Shown here in pieces: positions 26,007-39,252 of a stretch of 64,000 nt of DNA. How positions within the stretch are numbered: position 1 is the first letter of the stretch; every line of letters begins with the position of its first letter. The position numbers were made by a program, and so were the translations under genes. The notes beneath the pieces were generated by a model. It was given only the letters and a program-made list of their open reading frames with translations, had not been told where the DNA came from and searched no databases. This DNA is from Octopus vulgaris (taxonomy: Eukaryota). The stretch lies in the NCBI GenBank assembly GCA_951406725.2, contig OX597831.1:3658001-3722000 (forward strand). The letters are read 5' to 3'.

Positions 26007-26390
26007 AAGCCAGTCGTTCAATTGAACCAATCCTATGACTGGCACCCGGCAGATGCCAGGACCCCTGGACTGGAGGTACGTAAAAATCACTATCCGAATT
26101 GTGGCTGATGCCAGCGCTGCCGCGACTGGCTTCCATGCCGGTGGCACGTAAAACGCACCAATCCGACCGTGGCCGTTGCCAGCCTCACTTGGCACCTGTG
26201 CCGGTGGCACGTAAAAGGCACCCACTACACTCACGGAGTGGTTGGCGTTAGGAAGGGCATCCAGCTGTAGAAACATTGCCAGATAAGACTGGAGCCTGGT
26301 GCAGCCTTCTGGCTTCCCAGATCCCCGGTCGAACCGTCCAACCCATGCTAGCATGGAGAACAGACGTTAAACGGCGATGATGATGATAAT
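26007..26390 (+). mobile_element. RTE-associated non-autonomous repeat with (GAT)n tail (representative copy)
   Basis: Motif gttggcgttaggaagggcatccagctgtagaaac...catggagaa.ggacgttaaac(gat)n. Copies at about 50170-50457, 56586-56756, 62215-62450(-) and 41150-41400(-). Confidence 0.75.
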
Positions 26391-26980
26391 GGTGATGATA
26401 CACTTTACCAGAAAGAAAAAGATTAAAACTATATGATGATTACAGCTGGAGTATCTTTAATTGTAGGTTTACTTGATCAAAGCTGACACGAAAATAAACA
26501 TCATGGAAACATTATTACGCACCCAGGACCGGTTTTAAGCCAATTAGGCAGATTTATTCAAATTGGGCCCATGCCAAGAGGGGGCTCTGTGCACACGTTC
26601 GAGAAGAGGCGCTATGATGAATTTTTAGTATATCATTATGACTAATGATGGTGCCCCAAGCCCGCAACGCTTTTTGGTTAGGATTAGCGTAGTACACGAA
26701 GCATAAAACATCAATCTTCAGCTTTTGTAGAGTAGAGGCCCCCACTGAGTAGAGGCCCCCTCTTATTGGGTCCCGCCTTGTGAGTGCATTTGGTAAAAAA
26801 ACCCCAGAAAAAGTGAAAGAAGCACGTACGTCGTAAATATATTTTGATTTTTGATTTTGATTTTCCAGTTTCAGCTCATGAGCTGTGGCCATGCTGGGCC
26901 ACTGGGGCAGCTCAGGTTTCAGCTCATGAGCGTGGCCATGTAGGGGCACCGCCAGTGCAAAGCCATGCTTATGGGGCACC

Positions 26981-27029
<49 letters not shown>

Positions 27030-30000
27030 TTGATTTAATTTCTGTAACTGAACTAATTGCATAAGGAAACGGCTGTAGGACAGGAATTTTATTATATTGA
27101 TTTGAATAAACTGATGTCTGTATTTTGATTTCTCTATTTTCTTTCTTCTCATATATATATCAGATCCACAAACAGAAAATACCAAAAATACAGAAAACAT
27201 CGAAAAGAATGGAACAGAATCAGACCCCAAACAGGCTTATACCAAACACGCAGAAGACCTAACACAAATATGCCAAATATGCAATGCCAAAATAAACAAG
27301 ACAGAAGCACATCTTCAACAGGGGAATACCAGAAGCATGGAAGATCTATTCACACTCTTTGTAAACATTGCTTTAACAATAATTACAATCCAAACACAAA
27401 ATATTCTCTCTAAAAATAATCAAGCAAACACAACTGACAACACAAATCTTTTGGCGGGACCACCCCAATCACAAAGGACAACAAATGACGAAGAAACAAA
27501 AACTGACACAAACCAAGAAGAACCTTTAAAACCCCAAGACTGGAACAAACTTCTAAACCAACGCAAATATGCTTATTGGAAAAGCATACGCTGTAAGAAC
27601 AGAGCCAACATATATCAAAACTGGCGGGACTTGAAGAACCCAATACTCCCTAGAAAATTTCTTATCAAAGAAATAAGGGGTGAAACACTAGAAGAAACAA
27701 CAATACGTGCAACCCTAGCCCTCTGCCGACTAGAAACGGAAATTTCCCTTCTACAAACACGAAGCGCACACCAGGAAGATAAGATTAAAACAATCGATAC
27801 CGTCATAATGGCCGAGATAACAGAAAAGAACAATAAGCAAAACAAAGAAAAACTACAACAATTATGGAAAGAGGATACCGAACGAGAGGAGGAAAGATCC
27901 AGAATTATGTGGACCAAACAACAGGAGTGGTTTTTAAACTACGAAAAGAACTATGGGGAAGAATCAATTATGAAGACAAAGAAACTACCAAAACAAATGA
28001 ATAGATACAACAAACCAACACCACAAACATATTGGACTCCCAGACATCCAAATAAGCCCTACCAAACACAAACCAAAATCCCGCTCCTTACACTGCCGAA
28101 CCCCCCCAATTAACAGATGCACAAAATATGAAAGACAACCATCAACCCCAAACCCCACAAAAACAAACACACCAACAGCAAGGCGAGCACAATACATACA
28201 ACCAACAACCTATAACACTTGGAGAGAACAAATAGAATATGAACAACCACCATCACATAACACTGGACATCCTAAAAGGACACACACATGGAACAATAAA
28301 CAAATGGATAGAAATCAACACATAACCTACAACAAACATCGAGGAAATCGAAACCACACAAACACCAACCCCATGCAACCCCACAAATTTACAAGACGGA
28401 TAAAAAACAACTCCCACTATCAATACAATACAAACACAATACATGAACCATCCACCTACCCACAAAGAAACCTGAACCCCAGTAATAGATATTGGCTCAA
28501 CAAACACAGAAGATGGGAAGAAAACAACTACCAAAGACAAAACAACACATACAGACCACACAGACCACCCCTACTACTACAAGAAAACCTAAGAACTGAA
28601 AATGGAATTTGGAGACGCAACAACACAACCCAGTTTTTAGGGAGAGGATACTTCAACCATACTCCAGACCCAATACACCAAAATTCCGGATGAACTCACA
28701 AAACACATACAGACCACACACACCACCCCTACTACTACAAGAAAACCTAAGAACTGAAAATGGAATTTGGAGACGCAACAACACAACCCAGTTTTTAGGG
28801 AGAGGATACTTCAACCATACTCCAGACCCAATACACCAAAAATTCCGGATGAACTCACAAAACACATACAGACCACACAGACCACCCCTACTACTACAAG
28901 AAAACCTAAGAACTGAAAATGGAATTTGGAGACGCAACAACACAACCCAGTTTTTAGGAGAGGATACTTCAACCATACTCCAGACCCAATACACCAAAAA
29001 TTCCGGATGAACTCACAAAACACATACAGACCACAGACCACCCTACTACTACAAGAAAACCTAAGAACTGAAAATGGAATTTGGAGACGCAACAACACAA
29101 CCCAGTTTTTAGGAGAGGATACTCAACCATATAGACCGGATGAACTCACAAAACACATACAGACCACACAGACCACCCCTACTACTACAAGAAAACCTAA
29201 GAACTGAAAATGGAATTTGGAGACGCAACAACACAACCCAGTTTTTAGGGAGAGGATACTTCAACCATACTCCAGACCCAATACACCAAAAATTCCGGAT
29301 GAACTCACAAAACACATACAGACCACACAGACCACCCCTACTACTACAAGAAAACCTAAGAACTGAAAATGGAATTTGGAGACGCAACAACACAACCCAG
29401 TTTTTAGGGAGAGGATACTTCAACCATACTCCAGACCCAATACACCAAAAATTCCGGATGAACTCACAAAACACATACAGACCACACAGACCACCCCTAC
29501 TACTACAAGAAAACCTAAGAACTGAAAATGGAATTTGGAGACGCAACAACACAACCCAGTTTTTAGGGAGAGGATACTTCAACCATACTCCAGACCCAAG
29601 ACACCAAAAATTCCGGATGAACTCACAAAACACATACAGACCACACAGACCACCCCTACTACTACAAGAAAACCTAAGAACTGAAAATGGAATTTGGAGA
29701 CGCAACAACACAACCCAGTTTTTAGGGAGAGGATACTTCAACCATACTCCAGACCCAATACACCAAAAATTCCGGATGAACTCACAAAACACATAGACCC
29801 CAAAATAATAAACTTATCTAAAAGAGAACTTGATGAAAATGAAATGAACCTACTACTAAAAGCCTCAAATTTACACCTACACCCACTCCAAACCTCATAG
29901 AACTAAAAACTGATATAGACAACTTCAGCCACCACCTCCGCCTTATGGAATTCTTTGAAAACAAAGAAACAGAAGATAACTCAATCATAAGAAAAAAATC

Positions 30001-32070
30001 CCATTTCACCCCTTACAAGGGAAGTGACAAACACCTTGACGCATACATAGAGACAATATCCAAATTCCCTCTCCACACACACAAATGCAAACAGAATCTC
30101 CGCAGAGGAGAAAAACAAGCCTTACAAAAACTGAAAAATGACAAGTCAATCATTATAAAAGAAGCTGACAAAGGTGGAACAATAGTAATTATGGATACAG
30201 AATACTACAAAGAAAAGATACTGGAGTTACTGAACAACCAGACATACTATAAAGAGGAACCAACACCACCGGAGAAAGCAACAATAAAAAAAATTAGAAC
30301 TTTAGTCAATGAATACCAGGACTCCTTTACAGATAAGGAGAAAGACTATCTATGCAACTCACGAACCAAAGAAAGCAATTTTTATGGATTACCTAAAATT
30401 CATAAACGCTCTGAAATACAGAGAGCCATAAAAGAACAGAGGAACCACTATATAAGAATACAAAGGCCTGCAGACCTCACAATGAGACCAATGGTGGCAG
30501 GACCCCAGGCACCAACACAACAACTAAGCCACTTCATAGATATACTCCTCAAACCTTTATGCCCACAGATACCAAGCTACATAAGGGATGACATAGACTT
30601 CCTCACACACATTCCAAATACAGTCCCGAAAAACACCATACTTTGCAAGCTTTGATGTCACAAATCTATACACAAACATACCACACACCCTAGGTCTAGA
30701 AGCTATAAAACAATCAATAGAAAAATACAGAGAACTTATAGACGAACGCTTCAAGACAAACTTTATCACCCAAGCCACTCAACTAATACTCGAAGAAAAT
30801 ACTTTCTCATTCAACAAGACATATCGACAGATATGGGTACAAAATTTGCACCTTCATATGCCAACCTGGTGATGGGCTTCCTGGAGAACAAACTATATGA
30901 TGAAATAGGGAAAGTCTTCGAACACGACTTCAAAGAAGACATCAAGAAAAAGTGGAAACGCTACCTCGATGACTGCTTCATCTTTTGGAACAGATCAGAA
31001 GAAGACCTACGAATATTCCACAACATCCTCAATACGCTGCACCCATCTATCAACTTCACAATAGATATTAGCCACAATGAACTTCCCTTCCTAGACATCA
31101 ACATCAAAATACACAACTCCATTGTCACTACAGACATCCACTACAAAAAAACTGACACACACCAATACTTAAATTTCCACTCCTGCCACCCATCCCACAC
31201 AAAAAGAAACATCCCATATAGTATGGCAAGACGAATATGTAGCATAGTAACTGATTCACAAATACGACTAATAAGACTAGATGAACTCAAAAACTTCCTC
31301 CTAGAGCAAAAATACCCCCTTAAACTAATAGAAATGGAATCACAAGAGCATTAAAACTAGACATCACACAACTCAGGACACCCAAAACAAAAAACAAAGA
31401 AAACACTATCCCTTTTATAAACACGCACAACCCTGGATTTACCAACATCTTTCAAACCATACATTCAAACCTACCAATAGCCTTACAAAGCCCCAAAATG
31501 AAAAACATATTAAACAAATATAGCATAAAAAACAGTAGATGACAGGACAAAAACCTAAAGAAACACCTAACAAGAGCGAAATTCTCTTCAGAAACTAAAA
31601 CGGAATTCTTTGCAAAAGAGTGCGGAGATGGTAGATGTGGGATCTGCAGCAACCCCACCTACAAATACATAGAGGGTAACAGAGAGATGAGATTTAAAAA
31701 TGGTGACATATTCAAAGTAAATGCAGATATGAACTGCAAGACGCAGAACGTTATATACTGCATAACCTGCCCCACGTGCAAGGAGAATTACGTTGGTGAA
31801 ACTGGTAATTCTTTGTGCCAGCGAGCCAGGATTCACCGACAACATATTTGGCAGGAAGAACTACGCAAAATACCATTAAGTACACACCTAGCTACGTGTG
31901 GAGAAGGAAAATTTAAGATCTTTCCCTTCTACAAATGTCCGAAGAACGACACCTGTTTCAGGAGGAATATGGAAAAATATTTCATAGCTAAGTTCTCCCC
32001 CAAATTAAATGGCTGAAACTTTACTCATCATACATTGAAGGACAAATCTTTCGATATAGTAGAACATTTA

Positions 32071-32136
<66 letters not shown>

Positions 32137-32410
32137 ATATATTGCCTGTTATATACATGATATTATTTTTGTAATTTACTTGATCTTTACTTGCTAATTG
32201 TCATTCTAATTCTAACCTTCCTATATGCAATTTTCAAGATGGTGTAATTTGATTGTTCATTTTGAATCGATAGAATGTGTTTTTTTCTAATATTTCATGT
32301 ATAAGCATGTATATATATATAGTGACATTGAAGGACACATCTTTCGATTTACAGTCTAATATAGTAGAACATTTAGTATATGTCTGTATATGTATATATA
32401 TATATGTGTG

Positions 32411-32452
<42 letters not shown>

Positions 32453-32600
32453 TATATTGCCTGTTATATACATTATATTATTTTTATAATTTACTTCATC
32501 TGTACTTTTTAACTGTCACTTTAATTTTAACTTTCCTATGATATACAATTTTCAGGATGGTATATACAGGTGCTTACAATTATCAAGTACTCACCCTGAA
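27030..32600 (+). mobile_element. Long Penelope-like element (Neptune/Naiad-type linker) with upstream ORF, RT and GIY-YIG endonuclease; disabled
   Basis: IINLSKREL, ADKGG, FYGLPKIHK, FDVTNLYTNIP, MGTKFAPSYANL, RYLDDCF, LPFLD, YLNFHSCHP; linker CGDGRCGIC; NVIYCITCPTCKENYVGETG...HL...E...LN*. Several frameshifts. A diverged direct repeat (period about 290 bp) lies in the 3' UTR (32033-32560). Confidence 0.92.
28542..29795 (+). repeat. About 8 tandem copies of a 159-bp (53-codon) unit inside the Penelope element
   Basis: Unit starts (aacacatacagacc) at about 28542, 28702, 28861, 29019, 29152, 29311, 29470 and 29629. Copies are nearly identical, with one shortened unit. Confidence 0.95.
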
Positions 32601-32610
32601 TTTTTATATT

Positions 32611-32652
<42 letters not shown>

Positions 32653-32927
32653 AGATCCACTACATCTTGACAACCGGTGCTGGTTTATTTATGTCTTCCT
32701 AACTTGGTGGTTCAGCAACAGACTTAAAAAAAATATGTACTGGGGTAGATTCGTTCGACTAAAACTCTCCAAGGCGGTGCTCCAGCATGGCCGCAGTCTA
32801 ATGATGGAAACAAGCAAAAGAAATAAAGAAAGACTTCGTCGTTTTTTTTCCATCCTGATTTCCTTTGCTTTAAAACAAATAAAAACAACGTGTGAAGTGT
32901 TATTATATTCAGTGCGGACCTATTCTA

Positions 32928-33032
32928 GTTGCTATGACAACAGACAGCGCTGCGACGTTTTATGGCAAACTGTCGTGTCCTGACAGGTTTTCTAGCCACA
33001 AGGAAAATATACCAGGATTTCTCTTCGGTCAG
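32928..33032 (+). promoter_or_regulatory. RFX X-box and probable non-coding first exon of CFAP298
   Basis: GTTGCTATGACAAC (32928-32941) is a near-palindromic X-box. A weaker GTTTTATGGCAAAC lies at 32957-32970. Consensus donor CAG|GTAAGT at 33032/33033, in non-repetitive sequence. Confidence 0.55.
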
Positions 33033-33494
33033 GTAAGTAACGTTTATTTTAAATCATAAACGAAAAATCTGAATACGAAATTAGATAAAATTGTTTTTTA
33101 TAGTTACGAAAAAACTTGCAAGATCACTTTGAAAATGAAAAGAAACAAGAAAATTGTTTTAAATATTTAATATTTTCATAATTACGTAGAACTTTAATAA
33201 AAAGAAAAAAATGTGTCGATCGAGAACCTTCTACTTTCGTTATCTCAAATCCTGCCAAAAGTTACACACACACACACACACATTATTACATACATACATA
33301 CGATACACACAATTGCATACTTTGATGTACAGTATCTCTTTTATTTCGTTCGTCTCTCGTAATTCTCTGTTGTTCCACCAAGTTTTTTTCTCGTTTTGTG
33401 TGTTCGTTCAAACAACAAACAAACAATTTACTTATTCCACTCCCCCCCTCCGCTTTACGTATGCTAATAACATCATCAACCCGACATTCTAAAC

Positions 33495-33696
33495 CAGTGC
33501 TTTTCAAACTTTTTTGCTGGAGCGGAACCCCAAGGAAACATTCCACTGGCTCGAGGAACCCCTGTGCAATAATTTAATAGTCTTATGCACACATATCTGC
33601 ACAGGAGAATTAAAAATTACTGCCGATTTTAGCAGTTTTGCAACTTCTTGCGGAACCCCTGGACTGTACTGACGGAACCCTGGTTGAAAACCACTG
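33495..33696. mobile_element. hAT-type MITE
   Basis: Termini cagtgcttttcaa...ttgaaaaccactg, with a perfect 8-bp TSD ttctaaac. Confidence 0.9.
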
Positions 33697-34618
33697 TTCT
33701 AAACCCTTAATATTTCCATTACTTACATTCGTGGTCAGACTTCACAGCCATGTATATCTATCTGTCTGTCTGTCTGAAGAGTTCCGCCTTCATGTCGTCT
33801 CTGTGACGACCAGGTTATCAACTTTACACTTTGTCGGTCCTGAAGTCGATTATTAGACCTATTTTAGCATGAAAACCGCAATTATAATGGGGCCACGTAA
33901 TAGCAGAGCCAGGACCCGATGGGACTTGCTTTCAGTGCAGCCCACCCCATCATTCGTTAGGATCTGTGGTCACATCAGAGGACACACCACTATGCCACAG
34001 TGAGCGATCTTGAGCAAGACGCTTTAAGTATACATACATATATACATAAACTTATACAGGAGTACAGGATAGGGCAGGGCAAAAGAGAAAAGGGGCTGCA
34101 AACATACCGCCTGCACTGACCCGTAATCCTCATATTTGCAACATCTAATGTGGCATTAGAGTCCCGCCAACGATTTGCAAAAGAAGCCCGTTCTGATGTT
34201 TATTTTAGTGGGGTTATCACCTAGAGCAAGCAGTTGGGTTTCCTCAGTAAAAATTGGTGACTAGTCTGCTAACTCACCCTAAATATGCTTTATGATTGAC
34301 AAGGAAACTGTAGGTTGTGTCGGTTCCTCATACATCGAAATAGACGGGAGAATCCATCACACACACACATCTATATATACATTACCACTTCCATATCCTG
34401 ATCATAAACCAAAAGAATAATGTGTGTGTGTGTACTCTATTTTTTTGTTGTTTTTAAAAAAATGTCCAGTTCCTTTGGTTTGTGTCTATGTTTTCGTTTC
34501 TCTTTGTGTTCGACGTCCTTTTGGTGTCCTGTACTCATATATGCGTGTATATGTACATGTAGAGGTAGGTACGTACATATATGTTTATATATATGCATAT
34601 GTTTTATTTCATTTATTA

Positions 34619-34650
<32 letters not shown>

Positions 34651-36765
34651 GTTATTCTTTTTGCTTATAACAATATGGGGGTGGCAATGTTTTTTATATT
34701 CACTGGTCTCGAGGTGGACCTGTCGACTAGGTAAACCTACCCTCATTGTTTACCAAAAATTTCTTTGGGTTCTTATGAAATATACATTCAAACAATGATG
34801 TTATCTTGAACTATATTAGCCAGTGTATCTATTAATTTTTATTCAATTGCATATGTGTGTGATTATTTTATCTACACGTTTGTTTCTTCATCTGCACACA
34901 CACACAGAAACACACACTTGTGTGTTGAAGTGTCCGTTGAAGAGAATTCGATATATGAATGCTGTCGAAATTATCCTCTTGCATCTATAAAGCTAATAAA
35001 ATATTTTAATTACTTTTGCCTCTGGAATTAATTCTGTTTGAGGGTCGAATGTTTAGTTAGTATAAACAAAATATAGTCGAAGTCAACATAAGATTGTTGT
35101 TAGTTTTTAATCAATTCATGCTGAGATCCGTTTCCAGCTTCTCTCATTCTAGGAATTAAGCTTCTTTTAAAGAACAACACACAGGGACATATTAATCGAT
35201 TATATCAATCTCCTATTTATTTTCCCGAATGATCGATAGTACAAAAAGCAAACTGAATCGACTTGTGATTGAACTCATATGAGTCCAGCATTCAGCTGGT
35301 CGGTTGACTAAACTACTTCTCTCGAAATTCACATGTGTTTATGGACCCCCAAAATCATGAAAGACAACGATCACCTCTTTAGTAGAACCAACTCTACTAA
35401 ATTTACTACTTTGAATCTCTGTGAAATTCAGCATACCTTCACAAGTGCGACTATCCCCGATTTGTTTCCTCATAGCTTTCAAAGAAATGAATATTTTTAA
35501 ATGAAATTTTCTACAAATACCTTTTAGATAGATAGTGTAGATTACAATTATTTCGAAATTTAATGTAAAAGTAATAAAGAATTGGTGGGCGCGAACACAA
35601 ACATACAGACACGCATTTCAATTTTATTCAAAATTCTGAGTGTGTGTGTGTATATATATATATATTTATATATTTATATGGGCGGACGTAAAGAATGTGG
35701 ACCGCACCCCCTTTAGGGTTTTTTTTTTAATATACAGAACCCCCCATTCTCGAGTACGGAGATTCTGATTCTGCAAAATCGAAAAAAAAAAAAAAAAAAC
35801 CCAACAAAAAAAACAGCATTTTAAAATTTTAATTCCCCCCACCAACCCTCCAGATTCTTCAATTTTTCACTTTTTTCAGAAATTTATTTTTGCGAAATAT
35901 GTAAAAAAAAATACGGAGATATTTCGATATAATCATAATCTATGGCATCTGAAAGGTATATATAGAATATTTCATTAAAAAAAAAAAAATCAAATTTTCT
36001 TTTGAAAGTTGTGAGGAAACACGGTCGCGGGTAGGCACTCTTGTGTAGGTAGGCTCTAAAACCAAGCATAGAAACACCTGCTTTTATTATTCCTTGTTTT
36101 GTGCATTAAAAAACCCCCATTATTCCTTATTTTGTCCGATGTTTGCCGTGTTTGGGGCTACGATGGTAACTCGAGGCTTTACATAGCTTTGCCATTAATG
36201 TTATTAACACGACTAACTATTTTGAAGTGTTCGATGTCCATCTAATATGTTATTGTTGTTTATTTAGCACTGATAATACGCCTATAATCAAAGGCAGTCC
36301 AAGCATGACCATCCCGTTTTCCTTTTTCAGCCTGTGTATCGAAAATTATGTTATCCAATGTGTCATTTATTCCGTTGTTTTTAAACAGTAACGCGTGATT
36401 TCAAAGTTATATGTGTAGCTGCTATTTTCAGTAAATCCATTGACCACGTAGAGACACCTTGAAAGATTCAGGTGATCTTTCAAAAGAAAATAAAAACACA
36501 ATATCTATTTACGAAAAGTTATTTTAAATTATTATTTCGAATGGCTGTTGGTATTTAAGGAATTATAAATAGTTTTAAAATTAATATCGATAATTATCCA
36601 GAACAATTTACGACATTTACTAATTTGTGGCAGTCCTTAGTAACACTTATGGCTGAATGTCGTTTAAAGAATTTTCGGCTGGCAGCCAACTCCTTTCGAT
36701 GTTTTAGCATCATTGGGGTTTATGCAATTCTATCGTCGTTGTTGTTTAACTCTATGTCGCCCCTG

Positions 36766-37194
36766 GGCAATCTTTCGTCTCTAGTAGACCTTTCCGTCGA
36801 TTTCAGTAAAAAAATTTTTTTTTTTTTTACATATGGGCTTGCGGGAACTTTTGAAGTAATGAGAGCGAAAGAGACTAAGAGAAAGCGATTGTATGACGAG
36901 GGAAGTTCTTTTGAAGTTACCGTGCATGGGAGCATTGATGGACATGTGTGTGTGTGTGTATGTGTTTGATGGGGTGTGGGAGACAGACAGTATGTTGTGT
37001 AAATGAAGTGCTTCTGTTAGTGTGTGTGAAGAGACAGAGTAATGTGTGAAAGAGAGAGATAACTGAAATTTTTTACTCGGTGTATGTGTATATGTATGTA
37101 TATTACTTCAAAAGTTCCCGCAAGCCCATATGTAAAAAAAAAATTTTTTTTTACGGAAATCGACGGAAAGGTCTACTAGAGACGAAAGATCGCC
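36766..37194. mobile_element. MITE with about 95-bp TIRs and 8-bp TSD (Merlin-like termini)
   Basis: TIRs at 36766-36860 and 37102-37194 begin GGCAA/GGCGA (GGNRM). TSD cgcccctg at 36758-36765 and 37195-37202. Confidence 0.85.
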
Positions 37195-37410
37195 CGCCCC
37201 TGGTCTAGAAGACTTATAGTAAAAGATTTTTCAGCTCTGATCATCTCGCCTTTTTTTTTTTCTTTTTCATTTTGTTCGTCTTTTTTAATGATGGTAGGAT
37301 GATCTGAGGTGTATTCGGTTACTGTTTCTAACAAATCTAGCGACTACGCAGACCTTGCTTTGTTTGGTTTGAAAAAATTCCCGTTTCGTGCACAACGGAA
37401 TTCGTTTTAC

Positions 37411-37436
37411 GTTGCTATGTAAACATGTCACGTGAC
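37411..37436. promoter_or_regulatory. Second X-box-like motif next to a GTCACGTGAC E-box palindrome
   Basis: GTTGCTATGTAAAC (37411-37424) lies 2 nt from the palindrome GTCACGTGAC (37427-37436) in a locally CpG-rich unique stretch. Confidence 0.4.
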
Positions 37437-38852
37437 CCTCCTAGCTGAAACCTCATCGTGTCATCCTTTGTTTGTGATCCATTCACGTCGGTCTGCCGAC
37501 GTGGAAGTTCTATATAGTTGGTCGATATGCTAGAAATAGTAGTCCAACATCAGTTGAATCCCAAACAGAAGAGAATACATTTAGTATTGTGATTCTAGGT
37601 GCACCGTGTCTAGAGAAAAATTACTGAGTAGTCTTGGCAGGAATGCTTTTAATCAAAGGTCTGCTCGGTCAGAGCAAACCATTTTTTGAAGTCAGTCTCC
37701 ACGGATGTAAACTTATATCGTACTCACGACTCTTCCAACACTTACTGGATCTCATAGGTCAGGTCAGGTCAGGCCAGGTGTTGAAGCATGCGCCGTTGTT
37801 GCGCTTTGCTGCGTTTACCATTGTATCGGTATATTTCCGGGTCCTTCAAGTCGACCCACCGAGTTGAGCCCCAGTCAGTCCCCGTCTCTGTAAAGTACTG
37901 TTTGGCCACGTAGCTCGATTTTCCGAGTTAGACCCTCCTTTCCGCGTTCTCTTCACCGAGGATCTGGCTGGGTTGACGACTTGTATTGGTCGATCCATAA
38001 GCAACATGGTCACGGCAGGGATTTTGAAAGAAGTTTCTATAAAACTAATATTTAAACATCAAATGTCTGTGGGAGTCCCCCAGAATAAAATAGTAATCAA
38101 GGTGTCCACAGATAAAAAATAGTTGAGTATCTCCGAGTTAAAGAAAGATTTGGCCGCTATTTCTTGTAGGGCTAGAGACCACGTAATGATTTCGGGTGCG
38201 CGCTGTTTCCATGGGGATAAACAGTCATGACTTGTAACTTTTTTTTTTATTAATTTCCAGAAAAAATTAACGCGATTTTCGTCATCAGCACATAAAACTA
38301 CACAAAAACTACATTTTTTGAAAATAATCTGATGAAGAACTTGAAGTGGTTGGAAGAAATTTAAACAAGATCCACTTCTTTTCCTCCATTTCCAATGGTA
38401 GGAGAAACGGGGTCCAGAGTAAATAATGGTTTCAAATTTTGGCACAAGGCCAGCAATTTTGAGGAGTGTACAACTGGCACTTGTTTTATCGACCCCGTAA
38501 GGCAGAAAAGCAAAGTCGACCTCGGCGGATTTTGAACTCAACATAAAGACGGACGAAATGCCGCTAAACGTTTTTGTCCTACGTGCTAACGATTCTGCTA
38601 GCTCGCGGTCTTTTAATAGATAAATAAATAGAAAAATTAAAACTTAAAACAAAATCTTCCTTGATAACCCTTTACAAATATATCTCAGATAGTATAGATT
38701 AAAAGTACACTGGAATTTGTTGTGATTTTTCCCCTTTAGAGAAGTTTCGGATATTTTGATGATGCAGACAACAATTATTTTCTTGGAGCGGTGGGGAGAA
38801 TTTTTGTAAATTATTCCAACGTAGGAGCATTCCAGAATTTGTTAAATGAATA

Positions 38853-39252
38853 TCTTTATATATAAAAGTGAAGTTGTGTGCGTGTCTGTCTCCTACGATT
38901 TAGATTCATAACTACTCCCACATTTTGCGGTGCAGTTTAACCAAAACCGGGTATCTTATAGTCGTGATTCATATCGAGCCCTTCTGGGTATTAGCGCGCG
39001 TCTACGATGAGTCTACGATTTTAAAAATAATTTATCATCGTTTTTTTCCATTTTAACGCATATTTTTTAAATATAAGGGAAGTAACTCTCTAAAAATGTC
39101 TACGATGAGTCAACGATTTAAAAAAAAATTTACCATCATTTTTTTTTCCATTTTTAATGCATTGTTTTGCTAATTTTTGGCTATAACTCTCTAAAAATGC
39201 TTATATAGTTATTTCCCTTACAAACCCGAGCAACGCTGGGCGATACTGCTAG
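38853..39252 (+). mobile_element. Non-autonomous Helitron-type element
   Basis: 5' TC after A, subterminal hairpin-like cccgagcaacgctggg, 3' CTAG before T. A related copy is at 61489-61880. Confidence 0.75.

Noticed and set aside
28542-29795. Regular repeats as a possible CRISPR array (also 44663-44885)
   Set aside because: Head-to-tail units without unique spacers, no cas genes, eukaryotic context.
31540-31542. In-frame TGA in the Penelope ORF as possible selenocysteine (reported for some Naiad elements)
   Set aside because: It falls in the basic SR(R)QxKNL motif where Arg is expected, so CGA>TGA decay is simpler. The nearby Cys motifs use normal TGC/TGT codons and the copy has other disabling mutations.
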